64,000 nucleotides of DNA from Octopus sinensis (lineage: Eukaryota). Each line of letters starts with the position of its first letter. Position 1 is the first letter of the stretch. Below are positions 24,246-36,569 of this stretch, one piece after another. The notes beneath the pieces are model-generated. The model saw only the letters and a program-made list of their open reading frames with translations, was not told the DNA's origin and ran no database searches. The position numbers and the translations under genes were made by a program. The DNA lies in assembly GCF_006345805.1 (NCBI RefSeq), contig NC_043013.1:3782001-3846000 (forward strand). The letters run 5' to 3'.

Positions 24246-25590
24246 TACGCACACGCGCGTATGCACACGTATTTATATGATGGACTTCTTTCCGTTTCTG
24301 TCTACCAAATCCACTCTCAAGGCTTTAGTCTGTACGAGGCTATAGTAAGAGATACTTAGCCAAGGTGCCAAGCAATGAAATTGACCCAGGAACCATGTGG
24401 TTGGGAAGCAAGCGTCTTACCACACAGTCGCGCCTGTGCCTATGTAATATATTATCACCTGACCGCCCGGCCTTGTTACGGGGGCATAAACACACTAGCA
24501 CCGGTTGTCAAGCGTTGATGGGGGACAAACACAGACAGAAAGACACACACACACACGCACACACACTCACTCACACATACTCACACACAAACAAACACAC
24601 ACACACACACGTACATACAGGGGTTGGACAAAATAATGGAAACACCTTAAAATTTCAAACAAATTTATTTTAATATGGGGTAGGACCGCCTTTGGCAGTA
24701 ATTACAGCTTGAGTTCTAGGAGGTATGGACTCATACAAAGTCTGAATTTTTTCCAAAGGAATTTTTGTCCATTCTTCAGCTAAAACAGTCTCCAGTTCTT
24801 GTAGTGATGATGGTGGATTTTTATCGACTCCTTACTTGTTTTTCTAAAATGCACCATAAATGTTCAATTATGTTGAGATCTGGGGACTGTGATGGCCAGA
24901 TAAGATGTTCAACTTCACTAAAATATCCCTTGTGCCATTCAGTAAAAACTTTAGCTGTGTAAAAATGGTGCATTATCATCTTGAAAGATTGCGTTTTCCT
25001 CCGGGAAGAGTTCCGCAACCATAGAATGAATTCGATCAGATAAAATGCTTAAATAGTTTTGACTATTAATTCTGCCATGAAGGGAAACCGTTGGGCCCGT
25101 GGATTTCCAAGATATAGCTCCCCACCCACTGATCATCACAGATCCTCCTCCATGTTTAACAGTTGGCAGAAAGCAGTCTGGGTCAAATGTTTCTTTTGGT
25201 TGTCTCCACACGTATACTCGGCTGGTGGTCAGAAATAAGGTAAAGAATGACTCGTCCGAGAAAATAACAATCTTCCACTGCTCTAGGGACCAATACTGTA
25301 GGTTTTTACGTTTGTTTTTGAAACATTAAAATAAACAAGCTTTTGATGGTTTTCTAGATATTTCAAAATCATGATGCTATGATGCTCGGTATTTCCATTA
25401 TTTTGTACAACCCCTGTATATACGACGGTTTTTTTTCAGTTTCCGTCTACCAAGTCCACTCACAAGGCTTTAGTCGGACCGAGGCTATAGTAGAAGACAC
25501 TTGCCCAAGGTGCCAAGCAATGGGACTGAACCAAGAACCATGTGGTTGGGAAGCAAGCTTATTACCACACAGTCACGCCTGTGCCTATGT
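23945..25590 (-). mobile_element. Two SINE family B copies (23945-24447; 24476-25590, the second interrupted by a Tc1)
   Basis: Family B head, centre and tail motifs in reverse orientation; internal (CA)n arrays. Confidence 0.85.
24618..25416 (-). mobile_element. Internally deleted Tc1-like element (DD36E) with 25-bp TIRs and TA TSD
   Basis: TA|CAGGGGTTGGACAAAATAATGGAAA ... TTTCCATTATTTTGTACAACCCCTG|TA (one mismatch); IFSDES, PTVKHGGGSVM, FQDDNAP, WPSQSPDLNIIEHLW. Confidence 0.93.
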
Positions 25591-26059
25591 AATATATTGT
25601 CGCCTGACTCTCCGGCCTTGTCCTTTCTTTTGCCTGACTAGATCGGAGCGTCTCATCTTTCTTTTCTTGTGGAGGAGACGTGTTCCCCTGACGGTCAGAT
25701 GGTTCATCTACTGTCAGTTTCCTCTGCACAGAGATGTTATGTCTGACGAGAAGCAGACATTAGCTGAGGATGGACAGAGAATCTACAAATATTCTCAGAC
25801 AATGAACAGATGTTGTCGCTCTTCTTGGGAACGTCTTCCCCAGCTCATCTCTTTGGCACAGCTCCAGTCCTCACAAAGAAATGAGATGGAGAAAGCTTGT
25901 CTTTTTATGGTGACATCGCTTGACATCTAGAATGTTGACGACTGGTCCCAGTCTTATATCAGTCGGGAATTTTATGTTGGCATTCTGTAGCGGATTAGTG
26001 GTGGGAAAGAGCCACAATGTTTTCGGAGAAACTCTTGACATAGATTAGAACCAATAGGC

Positions 26060-26481
26060 GGATCTTTTCGGTTTGAACGGCAGTTTTTTCTAGCGGTGTC
26101 ATATGAAATTGTCACCCATAATTATGACCCTAGTATCGATCTGTTGCATTTCAATGTTTTGGGGTTAGGGTTAGGGGTGGGGGAAGGGTATCTTTTTTTC
26201 TTCAGAAATATAAATAAACCCAATCTGTTTCTTAAACGAGGGACATATTCATACGGTACAGAATGTTTTTTTTTACTTCAATAGATATAATTGATTGGTT
26301 GAAATTGCAGAAATTGAAGAAAAAAAACAAAACAACAGATATCTTACAAACTATAGAATTTTCTCAATAAAGCCAAGAGAAAAATATGTTTTATAAACAC
26401 GTTCTACCAGTATACAAAGTATAAAATTTTTTAGTTACCTAGAAATTATGTTAAAATCTGCCGTTCAAACCGAAAAGATCC
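26060..26481. mobile_element. MITE with perfect 24-bp TIRs, 8-bp TSD and internal TTAGGG-like repeats
   Basis: GGATCTTTTCGGTTTGAACGGCAG ... CTGCCGTTCAAACCGAAAAGATCC; TSD CAATAGGC at 26052-26059 and 26482-26489; GGGTTAGGGTTAGGG at 26162-26176. Confidence 0.93.
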
Positions 26482-26570
26482 CAATAGGCTAATCCTCTTT
26501 GGAGCACTTTCAATGCGGGACTTATGGGTAATTTCCAAAAGTACTGGCAGTAAATTGTCGGGTCAGGACA

Positions 26571-26962
26571 TGGGGGGGGGGAAGCACTCCGTCGGTTACG
26601 ACGATGAGGGTTCCCGTTGATCCGAATCAACGGAACAGCCTGCTCGTGAAATTAACGTGTAAGTGGCTGAGCACTCCACAGACACGTGTACCCTTAACGT
26701 AGTTCTCGGGGATATTCAGCGTGACACAGAGAGTGACAAGGCCGGCCCTTTGAAATACAGGTACAACAGAAACAGGAAGTAAGAGTGAGATAAAGTTGTG
26801 GTGAAAGAGTACAGCAGGGATCACCACCATCCCCTGCCGGAGCCTCGTGGAGCTTTTAGGTGTTTTCGCTCAATAAACACTCACAACGCCAGGTCTGGAA
26901 ATCGAAACCGCGATCCTACGACCGCGAGTCCGCTGCCCTAACCACTGGGCCATTGCGCCTCC
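26571..26962 (-). mobile_element. tRNA-derived SINE family C2 with 12-bp TSD
   Basis: Head GGAGGCGCAATGGCCCAGTGGTTAGGGCAGCGGACTCGCGG...GGTTTCGATTTCC; TSD CGGGTCAGGACA at 26559-26570 and 26963-26974. Confidence 0.92.
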
Positions 26963-27635
26963 CGGGTCAGGACAAACCCTGCAGACACGGAAGTGCCGTC
27001 AGTGAAGCAACGAAATCATTCTGCACGCTTTATTTCAGTGTCAATGCTTCGCTAGTTTGTGGAGTTGTGATGAACAGCTGCTGTTATGTGGAGAACGGAC
27101 CAAGTTATTGGTTGAGTCCATTGCGAGTATTGAGTATTGTATTCACCCCATTCTTTGTACGGAAAGAGCAGATAGTTTGCATCTCTCTGGTGTCTATGGC
27201 GAAAGAGTCTGTGTGATGGACAGCATTGAAATTACTGATAACAGTTACTTTCCTCTTAGACCAAGATTTTATCAATTTTTTTTTTTAGTTTTACTAAATG
27301 AAGATTAGAAATGCTGTCTGTCAGTAAATTTGTTGTAAGTTCAGAGTGAACAGCAAACAAGCCTGATTTAACAGGCCATCTTTGAGCAAACGTCTGTAGC
27401 TAGGAAATCTACAACTGAGAGAAAGCGCTTACTCTCATGGTCATGTTGATCTAGCTTTTGTGGAGGATTCCCCAAATAGACCTCAGTTATGTCCCCTTAC
27501 TGTAGAATATTGTTTGCTGGAATTTTTTCTTGTTTTTGTTATCTCCTTTTTTTACATGTGCTACGTAAAACATTTATTACGTTTGTATCTATCTTATGAA
27601 GGCTCCTTTTCTCTGAGCTCTTTTGGGTAATGAAT

Positions 27636-27696
<61 letters not shown>

Positions 27697-28899
27697 GATG
27701 ATGATGACGATTCCAACAATTAAGTCAGGCATCTTTCACAGGGTTTCCGGCTTAAGTTGTGTCAAGCTCCCCAGCTTAGGAGCAATTTTCTTAACGATAT
27801 TTAAAAGGTTGTCCGGACCTTCTAATATGATACATGCCGTTACCTACCATATGTCTAATTCTGGTGGCACATCTGATATTTTAACTTTTATCGCACGCTG
27901 GCCATTATTTGTAGGAAGAAGCAACATGTACTGGACAACAGCATATTGTTGAACCAGGGAACCTTACCTACACAGAGTCATAGTGCCTGGTTCGAGTTAT
28001 GAGGTCACTACCGCTTCATATTACTCTAACACTTTATCCCCGCGTAGATGTGTGTGGAATTAAATACCCGTCGGTTTTTGATTGCCACACACACCAGTAT
28101 GTAATAGAAGTTCTTTCTATCAGTTGTGACGTTAAATACTAACTGAGCTTTCTGTTTTCTTTCTTGAAAAACATTTCTGCCTCTTTACCGGCACGCAAAA
28201 ACCACAGGGACAGGATTAGTGAATTAGTTAAGTAGCAATTGGCAAGCTGCATTCAATAACCAGTGGCTGGGAACCATAAAGAAAACAATTCAGTCATAAT
28301 CAATAGCATTTAGCAAAGAGCCAGCGTCAGAGATAAACAAATTGGAGGAAAGCGATTTTCTATACTACTATGTTAGTGCCAACCATGTGAAGGTCCTTTA
28401 GATATAGAAACAAATGGGAGTGAAAAGAAGACCTGCATTGCTGTCAACTCGACATCCAAAACAACATCAACAACTACAACAGCAAATACCACCACAACTG
28501 CAATAGTAGCAACAAAAGTAGTGAAAATCGAATCAACAACTACTGAAACAGTAGCAGTAGCAAGTAGAGCAACAACAGCAGCAGCAACAACAGAAACAGA
28601 CATTCCCCAAACAACAATAAACCACGATTTCGAATCCACCCTAAATCTAGTAACGATACCCTCACCACTCACCACACAAGAAACACAAATACACCCACGG
28701 TCATAGACTCATCTTCCCCTGAACTACCACAAAACATCTTAGACCAGGGATCTCGCTAAGAGTAGATGAGGCGAGAAACCAAACCAAAGAAATTAGGGAC
28801 AGAGGAAAGAGGAAGTAAAGAGGAACCGGCTTTCCCAAGATGGAAGCAAGTATATTCAAAGTAAACCCTCTTCAAGATCACAACACACACACACACACA

Positions 28900-28937
<38 letters not shown>

Positions 28938-29089
28938 CTCCATTAGAAACAAGAGCAGTAACTAGCAACAACTAGCAACTAGAAACAACAACAACAGCAG
29001 CAGCAACAACAACTTAAACGAAAATCACAGAAAAAAGAGAAAAAAAATCAATCCCAAAATCAAAAACAGTAACAAAACCGCACGTGAAA

Positions 29090-29700
29090 ATCCACATCAA
29101 CTTCACTGTTCATTATTTATATTTGACGGATATTTGTCCTCATCTTGCTTATTGTTAACACAACTCTTCGGCTGATATACCCTCCAGCCTTCTTCAGGTG
29201 TCTTGGGGAAATTTCAAACCTGGGTTCTTATTCCTAGGGTACTTTTCGATGTTTTTATTATTATTATTCAGGTCACTGCCTGAAATTGAACTCGGAATCT
29301 TGGGGTTAGTAGCCCGCGCTCTTAACTACTATGCTATATGCCCTTGGGCAATTATGGAGTGACATTTAGGGCTTATAAATCTAATATTTTGCTATCCTTC
29401 CTTAATACCGGTTCCCATATGCTATTCACATCTGCACTCGGTCTGCTTAGAAGGTCGCCGTGTCCTAGCATATGTGCTGCTTCTTTTAGTTTTCGTATTT
29501 TCCGGTGGTGTTCTCACAGGGGGAGCTGGTCTCACTGTTGTTTGAAACAGCAACATCAAGTTGATAAAATAAATATTAAACAACAAAATCATTGCCTCCA
29601 ATGGGAGAGATTTTGCGGAGTTCCTCCTCCAAACTGCCAGAGATAGACTCTCAGTACAGATTGGGTTCACGAACACACACAGTTGTCGAAAGGAAATTTT
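29090..29700 (-). mobile_element. Probable Penelope-like 3' end: endonuclease C-terminus, tRNA-like segment and decayed hammerhead motif
   Basis: Minus RKIRKLKEAAHMLG...KILDL*; tRNA-like head 29343-29271; then GACAC-CTGAAGA-A-GGCTG...CAGCC-GAAGAGTT-GTGTT at 29202-29156. Confidence 0.65.
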
Positions 29701-30089
29701 TCATTTGAGTGTGGCTCGTTTAGAAAAATGCTTAATAGAAATGATTTGTAAAAGTCTCTCAAAGCTTCCAGCTTAACTAATGAGGAGACTGAATCAATTA
29801 ATTTCGTCGATAATCAAAGAGAGTAACATTTCTTAATTTATTATTTTTTTTGTGACTGAATTGGCTGTTCTTAGAGTCGGGCTTCTAAATGTGCGCACAG
29901 CAACAATAACAACTTTCTCAATCTCTTTATTACGCAGTCCTCCAATCCATTAATTACATATTTCTCCAAATAAAGAACGAGAGGTTGATGAAGTTGGTTG
30001 ATGGCGAGAAGGACCTCAGAAGTGTATAAAAATATCGTAGATAGAAGGGTTTTGAAAGCTCCTCACCCCGAAAGGCCTCTATCCTCCTA

Positions 30090-32400
30090 TTTAAGTGGTT
30101 TTACTTAACGCAGGAAATACAACTCCACATGGTATTGGGTCATCGAGGAAGTTGGAATACCTGCTAAATGACTCAAGGTCACTATATCTGGATGTGATAA
30201 CCATCAGTGAAACCAGGATTCCCGTGACAAACTCGGCCGAATTCCTTCTGAGTGTCTATAAAGCTTACGCCGCCTTCGATTGATTGACATGGATCGAGTG
30301 CGTTTTATTGTTGCTGTTCGGAAAGGTTTGGATTTAGATATAAACGCAGTTTTCTTAGATCTAGATGGTAAATCGATGGCTCTGGACATGGATAGCAGTT
30401 ACGGCGATGGTGGAAGCCAAAAAATTAGAAGACATTGACGCCCCACAAGAGTAGGCAGACCAAATTCTTTTAATCGTCTAGAACCCTTCGGAACGTCTCA
30501 TTAATTAGTGTTGTTAGACATCTAGAATGATATTTTGAACACATGCAGTACTTCTTTGGAACATCTGACTAAAGGGAGGGGTGCAAAAGCATCATAAACC
30601 TTCTCAGGCACTTCCAGCTGTCTGACAGATTTCGCCTTGGTATTCTGAATGCGCCATTGTATACTTGAAGAAATCATCGGGCCATTCAGGTCGCATTTAG
30701 ATAGAGTTTTCATTAGACTAGCAGATGCTATCAACACAGATTGCCCACTGTTTCCGATGGTTGGCTACATGGATTACAAAACTGTGACCTGCGTTGTCAA
30801 CTTAGAACAAATAGACAAGGACCTGATCACTGGAAGTTGATGGCATCATTTCGGACTCTTCAGAGCTTAGTGAACTAGTTAAATGAGAATTGACAAGAGG
30901 TATCCTCAACAACAGGAGGATGTTACAAAGAGTAACAATAGAGAATAGCGTTGTAGAGAAGGAAATTTTCAGAAAAAGTTCATATACGGGTCATCGCAAA
31001 TAGCATTCCGTACTAAGGCGTGAGTGCTGGAATCAGGACATGAACTCTACTCTGTTCAATGAGCCCGACTGGTGGAGGTATAACATGGTAACAAAGTCCC
31101 AAGTCTATGACAGACGTATAGTTTCCGATCCGAAACCGATTGTGCCGCCTGTCAGTAGGTACTTGGCCTGGCTGTTCACATGAGCTGTAGACCAAAGACA
31201 GCGGACTGTAATGCTTACCTCGACAGCTTGATGCGACACTCGAATAGCGAGGTGGAGTACGGCGGAAAGCTGATTCTACCGACGAAGAGTCAGACACAGT
31301 GAACCGCTGTGCGAGGTACAAGGAGAGGGGGTTCAACAACCTTTATTTCCACATGCCAGACCTGTTTGCTTCTGTCTTATCAGCCATCTGTTGCACTTGG
31401 CAGCAAACTGGTGTATGTATTCTGTATATATAGAAGATGAGCGGTAACTGAATACTCTACTGAATAAGGACGCAAAAAGGAAGACGTGATAGAAAGCTTC
31501 AGGCCTGTAATCCTTCCCAACTGAATTAAATACTTTGGCAAAGGTGCTCGCCACGAGGCTAGCAGTTGTCGGGAGTGTTGTCAGAGAGGTGCAACCTTTG
31601 CGATCCATGATAGATCTATTCACTACGACCTCTCTACATAGAAGTACGAATCGACTATAGCTGTAACTTCGAAGAGCGCTTGTCCGTCTATTGAGGATGG
31701 ATTACTTCAAGGTTACAATGGAATATATTCGGTGGTCAAACTAATCAACCATCCCTCGGAACTGTTTAGCATCAAACGCTCAGTCTGTCGAGGTTGCCCT
31801 CATAGGGGAATTGAGTCTTGGAAGTATCCTGTGCAAACTGATTAACAGGAGAACTGTGTCTGCATACACACTGTCAAAGCATCGGACACTTCCGATACAG
31901 AAGTAGTCGACAATATACTCGAAGAGTAGCTGGAAGACAATTCGGTGGGCTTGCATCTCAGCATCTAGAGAGGTATGTCTATGTCGGAAAACGATGTTTT
32001 CTGTCGCTGTACCTCTAGGGGAGTAGAAATTAGGAAGAGATCGCAAGCAAGGTAGCTAATCTCTTTCAGAAATGGAGGAAGTTGTTTCTGAAATGTTAGA
32101 TGGAAAATGGGTTACGTCCCATATTGTCTAACCGTCGTACCTTGTCCAAGAAACATATGATCGGACTGGGGCGCTTAATTTCACGCTTTTCATGGAAGGG
32201 ACAAATTCCACTAATCAGGAAATCTATCTATTGTCAAAACTCACACTGTGGTGGCTTCAGGATGTCGCCTCAGATGGTGCGTAAGTACGCACTGTGGCTG
32301 ATGCATCTACCGAAATATCTTGTCCATTGGGACCGTGATAACTGCAACGAAAACCGTGAATATGAACCTGTGTGACATCGCTTTCTGTAGTTTGTCTCTT
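30090..32400 (+). mobile_element. Tx1/L1-like LINE relic spanning endonuclease, RT and C-terminus
   Basis: LEYLLNDSRSLYLDVITISETRIP; GPDHWKL; ILAKVLATRL-like; LISRFSWKGQIPLIRKSIYCQ; many stops and indels. Confidence 0.7.
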
Positions 32401-32716
32401 TGATCGAGCGACAGTCATAGGTTAAACGTTGATTGAAGTTGGATGCTTGGTGTCTAGAGTTTTGCCATGCACTCACAGCACTCTACCAACTGGACAACTT
32501 CATCGAAAGGAGAACGGTAAATTTGAGGAATATGTACAACAAAAGCACATACAAAGAAAGGGGACATCGAACATGCTCTTCCAAAGTTGGCATGAGGAAG
32601 CCATAAGGTGCAAACCATGCCATAATTTTATAAATGTTCGATGTTCAATTCTCTATTTCATTTATTCTTCGCCCAACACATCGATACTGAAAATTGGTAG
32701 CGTAAATTCTCTCTCT

Positions 32717-33122
32717 CACTCTTTTACTTGTTTCAGTCATTTGACTGCGGCCATGCTGGAGCACCGCCTTTAGTCGAGCAAATCGACCCCGGGATTTATT
32801 CTTTGTAAACCCTGTACTTATTCTATCGGTCTCTTTTGCCGAACCGCTAAGTAACGGGGACGTAAACACACCAGCATCAGTTGTCAAGCAATGCTAGGAG
32901 GACAAACACAGACACACAAACATATACACACGCATACATACATATATATACATATATACCACAGGCTTCTTTCAGTTTCCGTCTACCAAATCCACTCACA
33001 AAGCATTGGTCGGCCCGGGGCTATAGCAGAAGACACTTGCCCAAGAGGCCACGCAGTGGGACTGAACCCGGAACCATGTGGTTGGTAAGCAAGCTACTTA
33101 CCACACAGCTACTCCTGCGCCT
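32717..33122 (-). mobile_element. SINE family B copy, relatively intact
   Basis: Close reverse-complement match to the 19313-19548 and 19609-19770 segments. Confidence 0.92.
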
Positions 33123-33129
33123 ATTGTTC

Positions 33130-33900
33130 GCATTGGGTTAGCATGGATATGAAATCACTTGTTTATGACATTATGTCTTTATGTTTTAAACAATCAACCA
33201 GACCAGAATTTCCAGATGCACCCCCACGTACTGCTGCTTGGCAACTACGAGGTACATGCATATTTCGACCAGTTGTTTTGGAGAGCTTGATCTCCTGGTA
33301 AGGACGATTAGCTTGAACTGATATTGCTGCAAGTCATCTGGCAGTGAGTAGCAGCAAAAGTAGCGCCTTCACTGTTTATATCCCGAAAGGATGGTCCAAT
33401 ATAATCCAGTGCCTAGAAGCATACTTTGGAATAACGGACGACTAGAATATAATCGTGGATGAACGTTATTTGCTATGTAGAAATAGCCAACAACTGAGTG
33501 GGTGTAGAAATTTCCCATGCACACACAACTTCAACTGTTTTATAAGAACCAACTGGATTTTCTCAACGCTCCAATGTGAACCAGGACAGAGTGTTTATCG
33601 ATTAACGGCTAAGAATAATAAGATAGATTGTTTACAATTCCGGCAGATCGGCTCCGGAGACCACAAGTTAGTGATCTCCCCGATCAGTCTAGATAGAACG
33701 AACGCATAGACGGGGACTCCGTTACTAGAATCTGAACGCATCGTTCCTGACGCAGAAAGCCTACAGATTAGTGAGTCAGCAAGGATGATCGTCAATAACT
33801 GGCAGTGAGTTGTAAGAGTAGAGTGGATAGGATATATAGCAAAGAATTTCCAATAAGAATCAACGGATTAAGTAGCGAACTAGTCAGCAGATTTGAGTAG
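33130..33900 (+). mobile_element. Degenerate Tx1-like endonuclease relic
   Basis: GDHKLVI and GLRY*NLNASFL (compare GPGYWKLNASF at about 63600). Confidence 0.45.
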
Positions 33901-34390
33901 GCGATTTGAAAAGTTATTGTGACTGATGCTCCCGTGGCGAAAATGGTATTTGATCATTTCTTCAGAGAAAGAAGTTTTAAAACCTTAGCTGCAGTAATCC
34001 GATCCTGTTTAACACTACCGCCTGGTATCCGAGGGCTTTAAGTAAAGTATATCTTGCTGAAATCCTTCGCAAAGATCTCCATTGTAAGGACACCTTTCTC
34101 CCTTTCAGCCACGAATCTCGGACGCCCTGTAAAGAGTAACAAGCATTACTCTATTTTTCTTCGAAGCGGTAAATAAAACGACCAAAGTCCAAGGCCGTAG
34201 TGACCTCTGTCGGTAAAATTTATGCAATGAATTTTTCTCGGACTCTGTTTTATGTGTTACCTCGATCTACCCACAACACACACGCACGCACGCACGCACA
34301 CACGAATGTACGCACGCACACACACACATACAAACCTACACATAAACACTGTAGAGAAGGAAGGCGATCTACCAGACATGCCAGGGTAGA

Positions 34391-36315
34391 CGTATGACAC
34401 AGAGCTGACCAACTTAAACATTTCTGTGGAAAAAGTTCACAAGCAGCTGACAAGCCTGAAGATTGCCAAGGCCCCAGGACCGGATGGAATCAGCCCACGC
34501 ATACTTTCCGAGCTATCGGATGTACTCGCTCTGCTAATCACAATTGTCTACAGAAAATCAATGGAGACAAGCAAAATCCCTGACGAGTGAACTGCTGACG
34601 TCACCCCCATATTCAAGAAAGGGAACCGTTTTGCGGTCAACAACTAAAAGGCCAGTAAGCTTGATCTGCGTACTGTGCAAGGTGATGGAGGTGTTTGTTT
34701 CTTGAGCACATCACTGAACACCTGCGGCGAAACGACCTCATCAACCAAGAACAGCAGGGGTTCACAAAGGGCAGATCATGTGTGATGCATGGGTTCACAA
34801 AGGGGGAAATCATGTGTGACGCAACATCTTGACGTTCTTGACATCTGGACGGAGGCATTGGATGCAGGGGGAGGAGTCGATGCGATCTACATGGATTACA
34901 CGAAAGCGTTCGACAGCGTCCCACATTGTAGGCTTGTAGCCAAAGTAGAAGCTCACGGTATCAAGGGAAATGTCCTTCGGTGGATCCGAGACTTCTTGAG
35001 TCACCGGTCACGACGAGTCTGTGTCAACGGCGTGAAGTCAGAGTACTATTTCTCATGTATATAAACGATCTGCCTCGGCATGTCCAGAACCATGTCAGGT
35101 TATTTACTGATGACACAAATATCTTCGCAAGGAATGACGTTGATGTGACCATGGCAACGCTGCAAGACGAACTGGCAAATGCGGTTCCATCCTGTGAAGT
35201 GTTCCGTCTTGAGAGCGCAGAAGACGGACAGGAAATACTACATGAGAGGCCAGGATGCACAGGTGGAACGGACTGTGGTGGAGCCAGCAGAAAGTGAGGT
35301 GGAGGGGGATCTTGGCGTCTTGATCGACAAAGGGCTGACCTTCAGGAACCACATAAACCAAGCAACTGCAAAAGCAAATCGAATCCTATAACTTCATCAC
35401 CCCTGTTGCCTTCGTCCAGCAATACAAGTCTGTAGCTCACCCGATTCTTGAATATGGACACACAGTTTGGCAATCCCAACGGCAATGTGTTGCGAGTTGG
35501 AGGATGTTCAGAGGCGTGCCACCAAACTCATTGCATCCTTGAAAGAAAAGCCATACCCAGAGCGCTTGGCTGTACTAAATGTCTAGTTTCGAACATCGCT
35601 GTCTCAGGGGGTATATGATAAACATGTATAAGTATACGCACTGCCTGTACCTGACCAACCGCCCCCAATTCAACAACTTCCAAGGCAGAAATACGTGAGG
35701 ACACAGCCTGAAATTGGAAAGATCACACTGCAGGCTCAACATTAGAAGCTGCTTTTTCGTACAGCGTGTAACCGCCATCTGGAACAGTCTGCCAAACAGT
35801 GTGGACGCAACTCCATCAGTCAATGCCTTCAAGAACAGGCTTGATGCACACTGGAGGGAGCTTCCTGCAAAATTTGACCCTGTCTGTTACTATTAGCTAC
35901 GTGGAGGCACATGACCTAGTGGTTAGAGCAGCGGAATCGCGGGTTCGAATCTCAGACCGGGTAATGTGTGTGTTTATGAGCGAAAACGCCTAAGCTCTAC
36001 GCGGCTCCGGCAGAAGGTAAGGGCGAAACTTCTACTGACTCTTTCGCCACAACTTTCTCTCACTCTTCCTTCCTGCATCTAGTAGCTCACCTGCGATGGA
36101 CCGGCGTCCCGTCCAGGTGGGGAACCTATACGCCAAGAAACCGGGAAACCGGCCCTTATGAGCCAGGCATGGCTCGAGAAGGAACAAACAACAAACTATT
36201 AGCTACAACTGTCGAAGTGTTGTACCACACATAACAAATTAATTGTACTCGTGGAAAAGGACCTGTGAACAAGCTCCTAGGAGGTTCAACACGGAAACCA
36301 TCCAGTATCCAGTAT
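34391..36315 (+). pseudogene. 5'-truncated CR1-like LINE (RT to 3' end) with a SINE in its 3' UTR
   Basis: KAPGPDGISPRIL, PIFKKG, DAIYMDYTKAFDSVPH, LFTDDT, RSCFFVQRVTAIWNSLP; terminal CCATCCAGTATCCAGTAT; 33-bp-period duplication at 34758-34819. Confidence 0.9.
35901..36194 (+). mobile_element. SINE family C1 with 12-bp TSD
   Basis: Matches 23230-23533 in reverse; TSD ACTATTAGCTAC at 35889-35900 and 36195-36206. Confidence 0.93.
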
Positions 36316-36374
36316 AAACTCATACTCATACATGTATATGTACGAGTATATGTATGTGTATATCTATCTGTCTG

Positions 36375-36469
<95 letters not shown>

Positions 36470-36494
36470 GTATATCTGTCTATCTGTCTATCTG

Positions 36495-36569
<75 letters not shown>

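Larger units (their letters stand above)
22860..27640 (+). mobile_element. Old Tx1/L1-like LINE (RT to 3' end) split by at least five nested insertions
   Basis: Collinear relic motifs: G.SSGPDG...YELY (about 23000), VLAYADKVTAIV (about 23570), LFLWRRRVP (about 25660), RHGSAVS...ILHALFQC (about 26990), then 3' UTR into (CTA)n. Treating these as one element is inference. Confidence 0.55.

Noticed and set aside
27700-28300. Minus-strand Tx1 ORF1-like fragment (IKVKISDVPPELDIW)
   Set aside because: Only one short motif supports it; not listed as a feature.
28373-28706. Overlapping Thr/Ala/Val-rich ORFs resembling a mucin or membrane protein
   Set aside because: Derived from a degenerate CAA/CAG triplet tract; no splice context or domain.
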